This document shows, piece by piece, positions 18,833-28,839 of a DNA stretch of 64,000 bases. Numbering within the stretch: the first letter of the stretch is position 1; each line of letters begins with the position of its first letter. The DNA lies in the NCBI GenBank assembly GCA_015064355.1, contig SVSJ01000001.1, positions 13,564 to 77,563 on the forward strand. Direction: 5' to 3'. The stretch is from Oscillospiraceae bacterium (GTDB taxonomy: Bacteria; Bacillota; Clostridia; Oscillospirales; CAG-272). The notes below the pieces were generated by a model. The model did no database searches. It saw nothing but the letters and a program-made list of their open reading frames with translations, and was not told the DNA's origin. The position numbers were made by a program, and so were the translations under genes.

Positions 18833-19504
18833 ATGGCTTTCAAAAAGTATTTTACACTAAGCTATGATGATGGTGTTCATGCTGACAAGCGCTTTCTTGA
18901 GATAATTAACGCATATGGTCTAAAATGCACTTTTAATTTAAATTCAGGGTTAATGCCTGAGGAAGACGTTTCAACTTGGTATGTTTGTAGAAACCATATC
19001 AAAGAGCTCTATGCTGGCCACGAGATAGCAACCCACGGACACACTCATCCTTGGTACAATAAGCTTTCTAGGAAAGAAATTGAACTGGACATTAAGACTG
19101 ATATTGACGAACTTTCCAGACTTGCCGGTTATCCTGTTCTTGGTCACGCGTACCCGTATGGTGCTTGGAGTGATGATACACTTGAAGTTTTCGGCGAAAA
19201 CGGTATTCGTTATGCCAGAACTGTCAAGAGTACCCATTCATTCGATTTACCGACTAAACAGTTACTCCTTGACCCAACCTGCCATCACAGTGACCCTAAG
19301 GTATTCTCGCTCCTTGATGAGTTTATAAATGCTGAACCGGCAGAAAGCGATATGCTCTTCTATCTTTGGGGACATTCTTATGAGTTTAACAAGGGTGAAG
19401 AGATGAACTCTTGGGAACATATCGAAAAGATATGCAAGATGATCTCCGGAAAGAACGATATTGTTTACTGCACAAACATGGAATTCTTTGACCGCAACAA
19501 ATAA
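18833..19504 (+). CDS. Polysaccharide deacetylase (CE4/NodB) family protein
   Basis: LSYDDG, HEIATHGHTHP, AYPYG, YLWGHSYEF motifs; ATG lies 1 nt after the serC stop. Confidence 0.87.
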   Translation: MAFKKYFTLSYDDGVHADKRFLEIINAYGLKCTFNLNSGLMPEEDVSTWYVCRNHIKELYAGHEIATHGHTHPWYNKLSRKEIELDIKTDIDELSRLAGYPVLGHAYPYGAWSDDTLEVFGENGIRYARTVKSTHSFDLPTKQLLLDPTCHHSDPKVFSLLDEFINAEPAESDMLFYLWGHSYEFNKGEEMNSWEHIEKICKMISGKNDIVYCTNMEFFDRNK

Positions 19505-19524
19505 TAATTACGAGGACTATAATA

Positions 19525-20682
19525 ATGAAACAGATTAAATTACTTAATAAAATAGCTCCTGTTGGTACAAACCGTTTTGACAAGAGCGAATTTGAAGTAT
19601 CCACAGCATTTGACACACCCGAAGCAATTATGGTTCGTTCTGCGTCTATGCACGAGATGGAATTCAACCCTGAGCTCAAGGCGATTGCTCGCTGCGGCGC
19701 AGGTGTTAACAATATCCCTCTCGACAAGTGCGCTGATCAGGGTATCGTTGTATTCAACACACCCGGTGCTAATGCAAACGGTGTTAAAGAGCTCGCTATT
19801 GCTGCTCTGCTCCTTGCTTCCCGTAACATTATAGGCGGCGTTGAATGGGCTAACACTCTCACAACAGACGTTGCAAAGTCCGTTGAAGCCGGCAAGAGCG
19901 CTTTTGGCGGCTGTGAGCTCAAGGGCAAGACTCTTGGCGTAATAGGCCTCGGCGCAATCGGTGGTATCGTTGCAAACGCTGCAAAATCTCTTGGTATGAC
20001 AGTTGTTGGTTGCGACCCTTACATTACTGTTGACGCCGCTTGGGGTCTTTCCAGTTCAATTAAAAAGGCTGCAACATATGAAGAGATCTACGAAATGTGC
20101 GATTATATCACACTTCACGTTCCTGCAACAAAAGATACAAAGAACATGATCAACGCAGGTACCATCGCTCACATGAAGCAGGGTGTAAAGATCATTAACC
20201 TTTCAAGAGCTGACCTTGTTTGCGCTTCAGATATTAAAGCAGCAATTGCTGACGGTCACGTTTCCGCATACGTAACAGACTTCCCTACTGAAGAAACAAT
20301 CAACACTCCCGGCATCGTTACGATTCCTCACCTTGGCGCTTCTACAGGAGAATCTGAAGACAACTGCGCTATTATGGCTGCTGACCAGCTTATCGAATAT
20401 CTCACAACAGGTAACATTAAGAATAGCGTGAACTACCCTGCTATCTCAATGCCTAAGACAGATGCTAATAGAATCGTTATTCTTCACAAGAACATTCCCA
20501 ATATGATCTCTCACGTTACAAGCACACTTGCTGCTCAGAACATCAATATTGAGAACATGGCAAACCGCTCCAAGGGCGACTATGCTTGCACACTCATTGA
20601 TACTTATACAGACGTCACTAAAGAAGTATTCGCTGCAATGAAGAGCATGGACGGTATTATCAGAGTATTCTGCCTTGACTAA
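19525..20682 (+). CDS. serA: D-3-phosphoglycerate dehydrogenase with C-terminal ACT domain
   Basis: ARCGAGVNNI, NTPGANAN, GLGAIG, LHVP, PHLGAST, HKNIPNMI (ACT). Confidence 0.94.
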   Translation: MKQIKLLNKIAPVGTNRFDKSEFEVSTAFDTPEAIMVRSASMHEMEFNPELKAIARCGAGVNNIPLDKCADQGIVVFNTPGANANGVKELAIAALLLASRNIIGGVEWANTLTTDVAKSVEAGKSAFGGCELKGKTLGVIGLGAIGGIVANAAKSLGMTVVGCDPYITVDAAWGLSSSIKKAATYEEIYEMCDYITLHVPATKDTKNMINAGTIAHMKQGVKIINLSRADLVCASDIKAAIADGHVSAYVTDFPTEETINTPGIVTIPHLGASTGESEDNCAIMAADQLIEYLTTGNIKNSVNYPAISMPKTDANRIVILHKNIPNMISHVTSTLAAQNINIENMANRSKGDYACTLIDTYTDVTKEVFAAMKSMDGIIRVFCLD

Positions 20683-20694
20683 TTTAACAAAAAT

Positions 20695-20735
20695 AAAACC
20701 GCACCTTACGATGAAGTAAAGTGCGGTTGTTTTTT
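20695..20735. terminator. Bidirectional intrinsic terminator
   Basis: AACCGCACCTTAC-loop-GTAAAGTGCGGTT with A/T tracts on both sides. Confidence 0.8.
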
Positions 20736-21963
20736 ATTCTGTAATCTTTCTCATTTCGAGGTAATATCTCTTGCTTTCGGCTTCTCCCATTGAAAATGTC
20801 TTTCTGGGAAGAGCGCCGTAATTTTCTACATATGGGAACAATTCTGCTTTGTCCATTCCGTCAAAGAGGAATCCAACAGTGTCAGGCGAATCTGAAAGTT
20901 TTTCGAGAGACTCTTCTCCATGAATATAGTCGCAAATAACACCCGGGTGATTAACAATATAGTCATCAATGAAATTCTGGAGTGTACCGACAGTTAGCGC
21001 GTGGGAGGGATTGGTAAAATACAGCTCTCTTTTTGTACCATTTGCAACCAGAGTAACGCCCTGTTTGTCACCCGTAAGACTTGTAATTGATTCGAGACAT
21101 GATATAAAATTGTTGATATCACAGTTCTTAACAATTCTGTAAATAGGTTCAAACACCAAAGACTCATCAGAAAGCGCTGTGAGCTCACAGAGGGCGTATC
21201 TTGCCGGGTGGTTCATTTCCGCGCCCTGAGACTTAAGGCTCTCCCAGTGAGCTTTAGCAGCCGCGAGAGAGTGGTTACCGTCGCCCATAGCGTACTTAAG
21301 TTCTTTATCGGAAGATTCGTATTCAACAATTTTGCTTATTATCGAGTCAAGGTTTTCTCCGTCAAAGAAATATCCCTGAATATGACCGCCTCCAAGCATT
21401 AAATCAAAATCGTAGATCGGTTTTGCTGATTTGGTTATCTGCTCTGCTGCATCGAAAAGACCAACTTGTTCGTCTACCAGTATAAGAATATGCGGCAGCT
21501 CAACTGTGGCCTCCGCTCTTATCTTTGATCTCGGAGGTATACGCTCTATTACAGTTGCTTCTGTTGCTCGTACGGCAGATTTTGAGCCTTTTTCATAATT
21601 ATATGCCTCAAGGTCGATCTTCCCAACTAAGCCGTGTCTGACGGAGCCATTCGGAAGTGTACGCTTAACGTAAATAATACCGTTCAAGCACTGCATAGAA
21701 TCAGCGTCGAAATTGCTCATAGACTTTTTAATCGTGTTGCTATGAGCTGATTCAAAGTCCGTTTCGAGATAAGCTTCAGGCATTATGTAATTATATGCAG
21801 ATGGTAACTCTCCAACAAGTTCTCGACATTTTTCCCAGTATTCCGGTTCAGAAGTAAATTGATCGCAAGCAATAACCGCCCACTTTTTCATAAGCTCCGG
21901 GTTATCCGCAAACTTGGGCAGTAAAATATCAGCGGGCGAGAAAATGGTGTTTGACTTTATCAT
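20734..21963 (-). CDS. DUF1015 family protein
   Basis: WAVIACDQFTS, RATEATVIERIPPR, ELPHIL, GDGNHSLAAAK, FEPI, LPRKTFSMG..KRYYLE motifs. Confidence 0.85.
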   Translation of the reverse strand: MIKSNTIFSPADILLPKFADNPELMKKWAVIACDQFTSEPEYWEKCRELVGELPSAYNYIMPEAYLETDFESAHSNTIKKSMSNFDADSMQCLNGIIYVKRTLPNGSVRHGLVGKIDLEAYNYEKGSKSAVRATEATVIERIPPRSKIRAEATVELPHILILVDEQVGLFDAAEQITKSAKPIYDFDLMLGGGHIQGYFFDGENLDSIISKIVEYESSDKELKYAMGDGNHSLAAAKAHWESLKSQGAEMNHPARYALCELTALSDESLVFEPIYRIVKNCDINNFISCLESITSLTGDKQGVTLVANGTKRELYFTNPSHALTVGTLQNFIDDYIVNHPGVICDYIHGEESLEKLSDSPDTVGFLFDGMDKAELFPYVENYGALPRKTFSMGEAESKRYYLEMRKITE

Positions 21964-21999
21964 GGACTATAAAACCTCGCTTTGGAATTTCATGTATAT

Positions 22000-22028
22000 A
22001 TTATATATTCCAAGCCCGAATATGTCAA
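22000..22028 (-). promoter_or_regulatory. sigA promoter for the DUF1015 gene
   Basis: Perfect TTGACA-N17-TATAAT on the minus strand. Confidence 0.75.
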
Positions 22029-22080
22029 TATTGCCTTGTATTAAATATTAGAAAGATGATTATTTAAACATAAACACATA

Positions 22081-22109
22081 TTGACAAAATCATCTAAATT
22101 TCATATAAT
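22081..22109 (+). promoter_or_regulatory. sigA promoter for aspartokinase
   Basis: Perfect TTGACA-N17-TATAAT. Confidence 0.78.
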
Positions 22110-22147
22110 GTAGTGTGGACAATTAAAATACTAGAGGTTAAGCAAAA

Positions 22148-23470
22148 GTGGACTCAAATATCAAAGTTTTAAAATTCGGCGGCAGTTCCCTTGCCGATGC
22201 TGAGCAGTTCAGAAAAGTAAAAAACATAGTTATGGCGGATGAGCGTAGAATCTACGTTATTCCCTCTGCTCCCGGCAAAAGATTTTCCGGTGACACAAAA
22301 GTCACTGATATGCTTTACGAATGTTATAATGTTGCCGAATCCGGTGGCGATATAGACGAAATTTTCTCAAAGGTATGTGATAGATACAATTCCATTATTG
22401 AGGGGTTGGGAATAGATCTTGACCTTTCCCTGGAGTATCAGCACATTAAGTGGGCGATTCTGCATCACGCAGGTCGAGACTATGCGGCCAGCCGTGGTGA
22501 ATATCTCAACGGAATTATTCTCGCAAAATTCCTGGATTATGATTTTATCGATCCTTCAACTTATATAAAATTCTTTGACAACGGTACATTCGACTCTGAA
22601 ATTACCAACACACTTCTGTCAACAGAACTCAAGAAGCATAAGAACGGCGTAATCCCCGGTTTCTACGGCTCTATGCCCAACGGTACTATCAGAACTTTCT
22701 CGCGTGGCGGTAGCGATATTACAGGTTCTATCGTAGCTCGTGCAGCTCTTGCTGATATTTATGAAAACTGGACCGACGTTAGCGGTTTCCTTTCTGCTGA
22801 CCCGAGAATCGTCGACAACCCCAAGGGAATTAGCTTTATCACCTATCGCGAGCTCAGAGAGCTTTCCTATATGGGTGCCGGTGTGCTTCACGAGGATGCC
22901 ATATTCCCTGTTCGTTTTGCCGGAATTCCGATAAATATCAGAAATACTAACGCACCTGAAGATACCGGAACAATGATCGTTCCCTGCACTGATGTGTTCG
23001 ATTCTGAAACTGTTATCACAGGTATTGCAGGCAAAAAAGGCTTCAGCGTTATTACTATTGAAAAGGCAATGATGAACTCCGAAAAGGGCTTTGGCAGAAA
23101 AGTTCTCGAAGCTATCGAAAAAGAGGGCCTTTCATTTGAGCATCTCCCTTCAGGTATTGACACAATGTGCGTTGTTCTTCATACGGAGGAGATCAACACC
23201 TGCCGTGACAGACTCAAGAACAGAATTTGTGCTTCAGTTGAGCCAGACAGCATTTCAATTGAAGACGGTCTTGCACTTATCGCTGTAGTTGGACGCAGCA
23301 TGGTTAAAGCTAAGGGTACTGCAGTAAGAGTATTTAAGGCTGTAGCTGATTCCGAAATCAACATTCGTATGATCGATCAGGGTTCCTCCGAGCTTAACAT
23401 CATTATCGGTGTTGACGAAAAAGATTTTGAAAAAGCAACAAACGCAATTTATCACGAATTTGTTAAATAA
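22148..23470 (+). CDS. lysC: Aspartate kinase with two ACT domains
   Basis: KFGGSS, SAPGK, SRGE, FSRGGSDITG, WTDVSG..DPRIV, C-terminal ACT domains; GTG start. Confidence 0.92.
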   Translation: MDSNIKVLKFGGSSLADAEQFRKVKNIVMADERRIYVIPSAPGKRFSGDTKVTDMLYECYNVAESGGDIDEIFSKVCDRYNSIIEGLGIDLDLSLEYQHIKWAILHHAGRDYAASRGEYLNGIILAKFLDYDFIDPSTYIKFFDNGTFDSEITNTLLSTELKKHKNGVIPGFYGSMPNGTIRTFSRGGSDITGSIVARAALADIYENWTDVSGFLSADPRIVDNPKGISFITYRELRELSYMGAGVLHEDAIFPVRFAGIPINIRNTNAPEDTGTMIVPCTDVFDSETVITGIAGKKGFSVITIEKAMMNSEKGFGRKVLEAIEKEGLSFEHLPSGIDTMCVVLHTEEINTCRDRLKNRICASVEPDSISIEDGLALIAVVGRSMVKAKGTAVRVFKAVADSEINIRMIDQGSSELNIIIGVDEKDFEKATNAIYHEFVK

Positions 23471-23496
23471 AAAAGAGAGGTTTAATACCTCTCTTT
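23469..23496. terminator. Bidirectional intrinsic terminator
   Basis: AAAGAGAGGT-TTAAT-ACCTCTCTTT. Confidence 0.75.
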
Positions 23497-23510
23497 AATA
23501 CTTAATCAGA

Positions 23511-23858
23511 TCATTTCTCGGGGAATACGTGGATAGGAAGCTCTGTACCGCCGATAACGTGGAAGTGGAGATGGAAAACTGTCTGACCTGCATCCTTTCC
23601 GCAGTTGGAAATTACGCGATATCCATTCTCTGCTCCGCCAAGCTTTGCGATTTCGGGAATTGACTCGAAAATCTTTGAGACATATACGCTGTTCTCTTCT
23701 GTTATCTCATCCATAGATGCGATGTGCTTCTTGGGAATAACAAGGATATGGCAAGGTGCCTCGGGGTTAATATCCTTAAACGCATATATCCATTCGTTTT
23801 CGAAAATCTTCGCAGACGGAATTTCTCCGGCAATAATCTTACAAAAAATGCAATCCAT
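23511..23858 (-). CDS. Histidine triad (HIT/HinT) nucleotide-binding protein
   Basis: CIFCKI, AFKDINP, GQTVFHLHFH. Confidence 0.95.
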   Translation of the reverse strand: MDCIFCKIIAGEIPSAKIFENEWIYAFKDINPEAPCHILVIPKKHIASMDEITEENSVYVSKIFESIPEIAKLGGAENGYRVISNCGKDAGQTVFHLHFHVIGGTELPIHVFPEK

Positions 23859-23934
23859 AATAAGACTCCTTTAAATGGTTTTTTATCTACAGTAATTTTA
23901 CCACAATTAATCATAAAAATCAAGGACAAATAAA

Positions 23935-24750
23935 ATGTACAAAGTATTTGATATACATACACACACCTACCCTGAAGCTATTGCCGAGAAAGCTTGTATA
24001 AATCTTGGGAAATTCTACGATTTCATCTGCCAAGGTCAAGGCACATACTCTCATCTTGAATCTCAGGCTCAAGAGAACAATGTCGGCGGATATCTACTGT
24101 TCTCTGTTGCTACAAATCCACACCAAGTTGAAAAAGTCAACACGTCAATTGCTAACCTCGCAGAGCTGTCACGTTCACACGGTTTTCTCTCTGTTGGATT
24201 TGCGGGAATGCATCAGGATTTCCCGAATTTTGAAGCGGAAATCATTCGCTGTGAAGATCTTGGATTAAAGGGAGTTAAAATTCACCCCGATATTCAGGGT
24301 GTCGATATAAACGACCGGCGTCTGCTTCCCCTTTATGATATACTTCAGTCAAAGGATATGCCCCTTTATCTTCATATGGGCGATGACAGACCGCAGTATC
24401 AGTTCTCCACTGCTGAAAAGCTGATAGACGTTCTTAATAATTTTCCCAAACTACGAGTTGTCGCAGCGCATTTAGGCGGACACAGAGTATGGGATCACGC
24501 TGTTCCTCTTCTTGCAGGTAGAGAGAACGTTATGTATGACACTTCAAGCGCATTATGGGCAATGACTGCTGATTATGCGGGCGAAGTTATAAAAAAGCTC
24601 GGCGCGGAAAATGTAATGTTCGGAACAGACTACCCTGTAAAGAATACAAAAGAAGAGCTTGACCGATTCTTCGCAATTGATTTGACTGACAAGCAGCGCG
24701 AGGACATACTTTGGAACAACGCTATAAGATTCTTAAGAATTGAGGAATAA
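23935..24750 (+). CDS. Amidohydrolase family 2 protein
   Basis: DIHTH, GVKIHP, LHMG, AAHLGG, DTSS, FGTDYP, NA motifs. Confidence 0.88.
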   Translation: MYKVFDIHTHTYPEAIAEKACINLGKFYDFICQGQGTYSHLESQAQENNVGGYLLFSVATNPHQVEKVNTSIANLAELSRSHGFLSVGFAGMHQDFPNFEAEIIRCEDLGLKGVKIHPDIQGVDINDRRLLPLYDILQSKDMPLYLHMGDDRPQYQFSTAEKLIDVLNNFPKLRVVAAHLGGHRVWDHAVPLLAGRENVMYDTSSALWAMTADYAGEVIKKLGAENVMFGTDYPVKNTKEELDRFFAIDLTDKQREDILWNNAIRFLRIEE

Positions 24751-24753
24751 GCT

Positions 24754-25821
24754 GTGTTTGCGAACTATTCAATATGGGATAAACTTCGCGAGAGTAATAA
24801 GCCGATATTTCTCTATGGAACAGGAAACGGCGGAGACAAAATTATTTCCGCTCTGGAGCGCTCTGGAGCCTCTCTAACGGGAGTTTTCGCTTCCGACGGA
24901 TTTGTACGCGACAGATACTTCCACGGCTTTAAGGTGCGTTCCTACAGCGATGTTGTTGCCGATTATGGTGATGACATAATTGTACTTCTTGCCTTTGGCA
25001 CAACTCTTGAATCTGTAATAGCCTTCATTAGAGAACTTGACTCACGCCACGAGCTTATCATTCCGGACGTTCCCTTATACGGTGGAGATGTATTTGACTT
25101 TGAGTATTTTGCTTCTCATCGCGATATATTAGAGAAAACTCTGTCCCTACTTGCTGATGAGAAATCAAAGCAGATATTTGAAGATGCAGTCAATTTCAGG
25201 CTTACAGGAAAACTCGAATATTTAAATATCACTGACGATTGGCAAAAATCTCTAACAGAACTTCTCGGCGGACAAATTATCAATACCGCATTAGACGGTG
25301 GTGCGTTCAAAGGAGACAGTACGCAGGAATTTTTGGATGCACTCGAGATGCAGAAAATATACGCTGTAGAAGCAGACCCCAAAACCTTTGTAAAGCTTTC
25401 AGATTTCGCCAAAAGTGTTGAATCGGCAGATGTTATTCCGATTCACGCAGCACTCTGGCACGAAGACGGAGAACTTGAATACATCTCATCCGGAAGTCGC
25501 GGTTCAGGTGAATCCGGTGCAAATAAGAGAGCAAAACAAACAACTATCCCTTGCCGCACGATTGATTCTATCGTTGGTAAGGAAAGCATCGACCTTATTA
25601 AGCTTGATGTTGAAGGGGCTGAGCAATTCGCAATAGACGGTGCTGTCAACACGATTGAAAGATGTCAGCCCAACATGATCGTTTCGCTGTATCATAAGAC
25701 TGACGATCTGTTTGAGTTTGTTAACCGTATTGCAAAGCTTCTCCCCGACCACAAGCTGTATCTGCGAAGGATTCCCTGTATCCCTTTCTGGGACTTAAAT
25801 CTTTACGCTGTCAGAACATAA
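24754..25821 (+). CDS. FkbM-family SAM-dependent methyltransferase
   Basis: LDGGAFKGD, AVEAD, IKLDVEGAE, SLYH motifs plus an N-terminal LYGTG Rossmann-like segment; GTG start. Confidence 0.87.
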   Translation: MFANYSIWDKLRESNKPIFLYGTGNGGDKIISALERSGASLTGVFASDGFVRDRYFHGFKVRSYSDVVADYGDDIIVLLAFGTTLESVIAFIRELDSRHELIIPDVPLYGGDVFDFEYFASHRDILEKTLSLLADEKSKQIFEDAVNFRLTGKLEYLNITDDWQKSLTELLGGQIINTALDGGAFKGDSTQEFLDALEMQKIYAVEADPKTFVKLSDFAKSVESADVIPIHAALWHEDGELEYISSGSRGSGESGANKRAKQTTIPCRTIDSIVGKESIDLIKLDVEGAEQFAIDGAVNTIERCQPNMIVSLYHKTDDLFEFVNRIAKLLPDHKLYLRRIPCIPFWDLNLYAVRT

Positions 25822-25824
25822 AAT

Positions 25825-25858
25825 AAAGCACTTGATATTGTGTCAAGTGCTTTTCTTT
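25825..25858. terminator. Bidirectional intrinsic terminator
   Basis: AAAGCACTTGATA-TTG-TGTCAAGTGCTTT between convergent operons. Confidence 0.85.
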
Positions 25859-25859
25859 A

Positions 25860-26378
25860 TTATTGAGCCTTTTCTACTGAAGTAATGATCGCAGTAACAG
25901 CAAGGTATTTACTGTAGATTTCGATCTCTTTATTTGCTCCGATGTATGTGTTGCCGTTCAGAAGAAAACGTCCTTCGGCGTCGATTCTACCTTTTACATT
26001 TGCGCTAACCTCAACGTCAACACGATAGAGATCTCCGGTTGCGTTATTCTGTGCAATGACTACGTCACCGTTTGGCATCTGATATTCTTTCTCGGCATCA
26101 TTTACCGTAATTCCCTCTCGAATTGTACCAAACAGTGTGTTTACATCCTTTAGATAGAAGTTTGTGTTTGGCTCGAAATAGTTTTTGGCAGATGTATCTT
26201 TGATGTCGAGAACTTTGAAAGTAACAACATAATCTTCGAGAGCGACCTGCTCACCAACGTCAGAAATGCTGTTAACGTACATTCTTACGCCAATTGCAAC
26301 AACGCAAACAACAAGAGCAATGATGATAAATATATCAAGAGCGCCGATTCGCGTCTTTTTTACTTTATTTGTATCCAT
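25860..26378 (-). CDS. DUF4330-like membrane-anchored protein
   Basis: Basic N-terminus, LD-initiated TM helix, then a beta-rich domain (FGTI..., DVEVS, IGAN); GGAGG RBS. Confidence 0.7.
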   Translation of the reverse strand: MDTNKVKKTRIGALDIFIIIALVVCVVAIGVRMYVNSISDVGEQVALEDYVVTFKVLDIKDTSAKNYFEPNTNFYLKDVNTLFGTIREGITVNDAEKEYQMPNGDVVIAQNNATGDLYRVDVEVSANVKGRIDAEGRFLLNGNTYIGANKEIEIYSKYLAVTAIITSVEKAQ

Positions 26379-26389
26379 GTTACCTCCAA

Positions 26390-27136
26390 TTAATCATTGA
26401 CACGAAAATAGTAGTTTGTAAGATTATTTGCACCAAAAACATCAATTGATTCTGTTATTACCTTGATGTTCATTATTCCATTATAATAGTGGGCCTCTGA
26501 TACAACGATACCCGTTTCGACCGATATCTCGAATACGCTCTTTGCAGATTTGCCGTTGTCAACGATTTCGAGATACAGACTTTTTTTGTCACCTGATAAA
26601 ACAAATTGCGAATTGTACTTTTCAGCCAGAGCAATTGCGTCATCCAGAGAAGTAATACCGATCTCCGAATACATTTCAGATCCATCTGAGATTGTCTTAT
26701 AATTGTAAATATCAGATTTGATGTATAGGTATTCCCCGTCAAATGCTATAGTGCTTGAGGGGGATTCAATCTTATATAGCTTATCTTTTCTTGTTAACGT
26801 ATACTCCGCATTAAACTTATCATCACCGTGATACGTTTCCACGCTTAATTTTCGCACATAAGAATTACGAATGTTAATAGATTCAAGAACATCAAGCGGG
26901 TTAAGATAATACACATCACCTATTAGCGCATCGGTATTATCAGATATTTCCGGAACATAGGTGGGGTCGGCGATATTACCTCCAGCAGGGTCATCACTGC
27001 TGTAAAACAATCCTAATATTGTGCCGAAATTCAAGTAAATTATTACAGCAAGAATCGCGAGGGCTATTCCACAGGCTGCAATAATAAATATTACTTTAAC
27101 GTTTGCATCTTTTAGATTGAGCTTAACATTTTTCAT
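26390..27136 (-). CDS. Hypothetical membrane-anchored protein, possible LolA/LppX-like fold
   Basis: N-terminal TM, acidic/Pro linker, beta-rich domain with YKIE..TIAFDGEYLYI and FEISVETGIVV segments. Confidence 0.65.
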   Translation of the reverse strand: MKNVKLNLKDANVKVIFIIAACGIALAILAVIIYLNFGTILGLFYSSDDPAGGNIADPTYVPEISDNTDALIGDVYYLNPLDVLESINIRNSYVRKLSVETYHGDDKFNAEYTLTRKDKLYKIESPSSTIAFDGEYLYIKSDIYNYKTISDGSEMYSEIGITSLDDAIALAEKYNSQFVLSGDKKSLYLEIVDNGKSAKSVFEISVETGIVVSEAHYYNGIMNIKVITESIDVFGANNLTNYYFRVND

Positions 27137-27141
27137 TATGT

Positions 27142-28326
27142 TTATTTGTTGTTTATTTCAGATTCAGAACTATCCTTCGCCTCTGATTGATCAGGTTTAG
27201 CTCTGTTGTGAAGTTCTATCTTTTTTGCCTTTGCGGGATCAAGTTCGTGCATATACTCGTCAACAGTCATGTCGTCGGTTGTAAGACCTGAGTGGCGTCT
27301 GCCATATGGATTCTTCATTATTGCAACGTTTACGACGAGAATGATTACGGCAATAATAGCAATCGCAATAGATTTGATTACTTTTGTTGAATCACTCATA
27401 AGATCGGTACAGAATACTGCAACAAGGCCAAGTATACCGCAAATAGCATAAAGGATCTTAACGGATTCCTTTTGCGTGAATCCCATATCAATAAGCTTGT
27501 GGTGAATATGGTCACGGTCGGGAGAAAAGGGGCTCTTACCCTTGATGAGTCTGCGGATGATTGCTGACAATGCATCAAACAAAGGAAGGGCGAAAATTGC
27601 AAGTGGAACGATGAATGAAAGCACAGCGTGGAGCTTAAACACGCCCTGAATCGAAAGAACAGCCAGGGTGTAACCTAAGAACAGCGCTCCGGTGTCTCCC
27701 ATGAAGATTCTTGCAGGATTAGAGTTGAACGGTAAGAATCCAAGACAAGAACCTAAAAGGATCGTGCAGATCAAGGTGCTCACAATATCACCGTGAAGAA
27801 GCACTACACAAAGAAGTGACATAGCAGATATAGCTGAAACACCGCATGCAAGGCCGTCAAGACCGTCGATGAAATTAATTGCGTTGGTAAGGCCGACGAT
27901 CCAAAGAATAGTAAGAGGGATACTGAACACTCCAAGAGGAATGTATCCGCCAATATTTACGTGCTCGATAACATTTCCGTTAAATACAGCAAATCCGGCA
28001 ACCATCAACTGAATCAGTAGCTTGATCCAAGCGTTGAGGCGAAAAATGTCATCAATAATACCGATGATAACAAGAACCGCGCCGCCGATCAATATTGTTG
28101 CAAGCTGACTGTCGATATCACAGAAAAGAACTGTCGTAATTAAAAAGCTTAAGTAAATAGCCAATCCACCAATACGCGGAATCGGTTTGCTGTGGACTCT
28201 TCTGTTATCCAGCGGAACATCAACAGCATCAATTTTAAAGGCAAGTACTCTTACAGCAGGTGTCATGGAATATGCCAGAAGCGCTGCACAAATAAAAGCG
28301 ACTATGCCATAAACAAGTTGTATCAT
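27142..28326 (-). CDS. tagO: Undecaprenyl-phosphate GlcNAc-1-phosphate transferase (MraY/WecA/TagO family)
   Basis: [47 protein letters not shown] motifs. Confidence 0.9.
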   Translation of the reverse strand: MIQLVYGIVAFICAALLAYSMTPAVRVLAFKIDAVDVPLDNRRVHSKPIPRIGGLAIYLSFLITTVLFCDIDSQLATILIGGAVLVIIGIIDDIFRLNAWIKLLIQLMVAGFAVFNGNVIEHVNIGGYIPLGVFSIPLTILWIVGLTNAINFIDGLDGLACGVSAISAMSLLCVVLLHGDIVSTLICTILLGSCLGFLPFNSNPARIFMGDTGALFLGYTLAVLSIQGVFKLHAVLSFIVPLAIFALPLFDALSAIIRRLIKGKSPFSPDRDHIHHKLIDMGFTQKESVKILYAICGILGLVAVFCTDLMSDSTKVIKSIAIAIIAVIILVVNVAIMKNPYGRRHSGLTTDDMTVDEYMHELDPAKAKKIELHNRAKPDQSEAKDSSESEINNK

Positions 28327-28353
28327 TTTGTTGAATCTCCAAAAAAGATAAAA

Positions 28354-28839
28354 TTATTGGACTTTGTTGATTTTAATACAGTAGCCTATGCCATACATTT
28401 CCGGAAAAACAACACTGTATTTTTGTCCTACTCTCATTTCACAACCGTCGATAGTAAAAGCACGATCCGACTCAACGGCGTCAGCTTCTATGGTAACATA
28501 TATTGTTACTTTACCGTCAACAACAGCTACCTTCTCTTTTCCCTCGGTGTAATCAAAAGTTATTACTTCATAAGGTACACTCTGTACACCGACAACATTG
28601 CCAAGATTCTTTCTTTCGATAGCATCCTGAACAGCTTGTCCGTTATCAATCATTCCGTCGAACCTGTCGTCAACATCCTGAAGTTCTATTACGTACTGAA
28701 TTTTTGAAACAGTGGTTTGAGGCTGCGCTGTAGTTGCGTCCCTGCCGATGAACACACCTGCAAGTATGACTGCTGCAGCAATAATAATCAAAATAATTAT
28801 TACATCAACAAAATTGAACTTGAATTTTTTGTTATTCAT
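28354..28839 (-). CDS. DUF4330-like membrane-anchored protein
   Basis: KFKFNFVD plus TM, LGNVV, VTIEADA, MRVG motifs; paralogue-like to 25860..26378. Confidence 0.75.
   Translation of the reverse strand: MNNKKFKFNFVDVIIILIIIAAAVILAGVFIGRDATTAQPQTTVSKIQYVIELQDVDDRFDGMIDNGQAVQDAIERKNLGNVVGVQSVPYEVITFDYTEGKEKVAVVDGKVTIYVTIEADAVESDRAFTIDGCEMRVGQKYSVVFPEMYGIGYCIKINKVQ

Noticed and set aside
22110-22147. Lysine riboswitch upstream of aspartokinase
   Set aside because: The leader between promoter and start is under 40 nt, too short.
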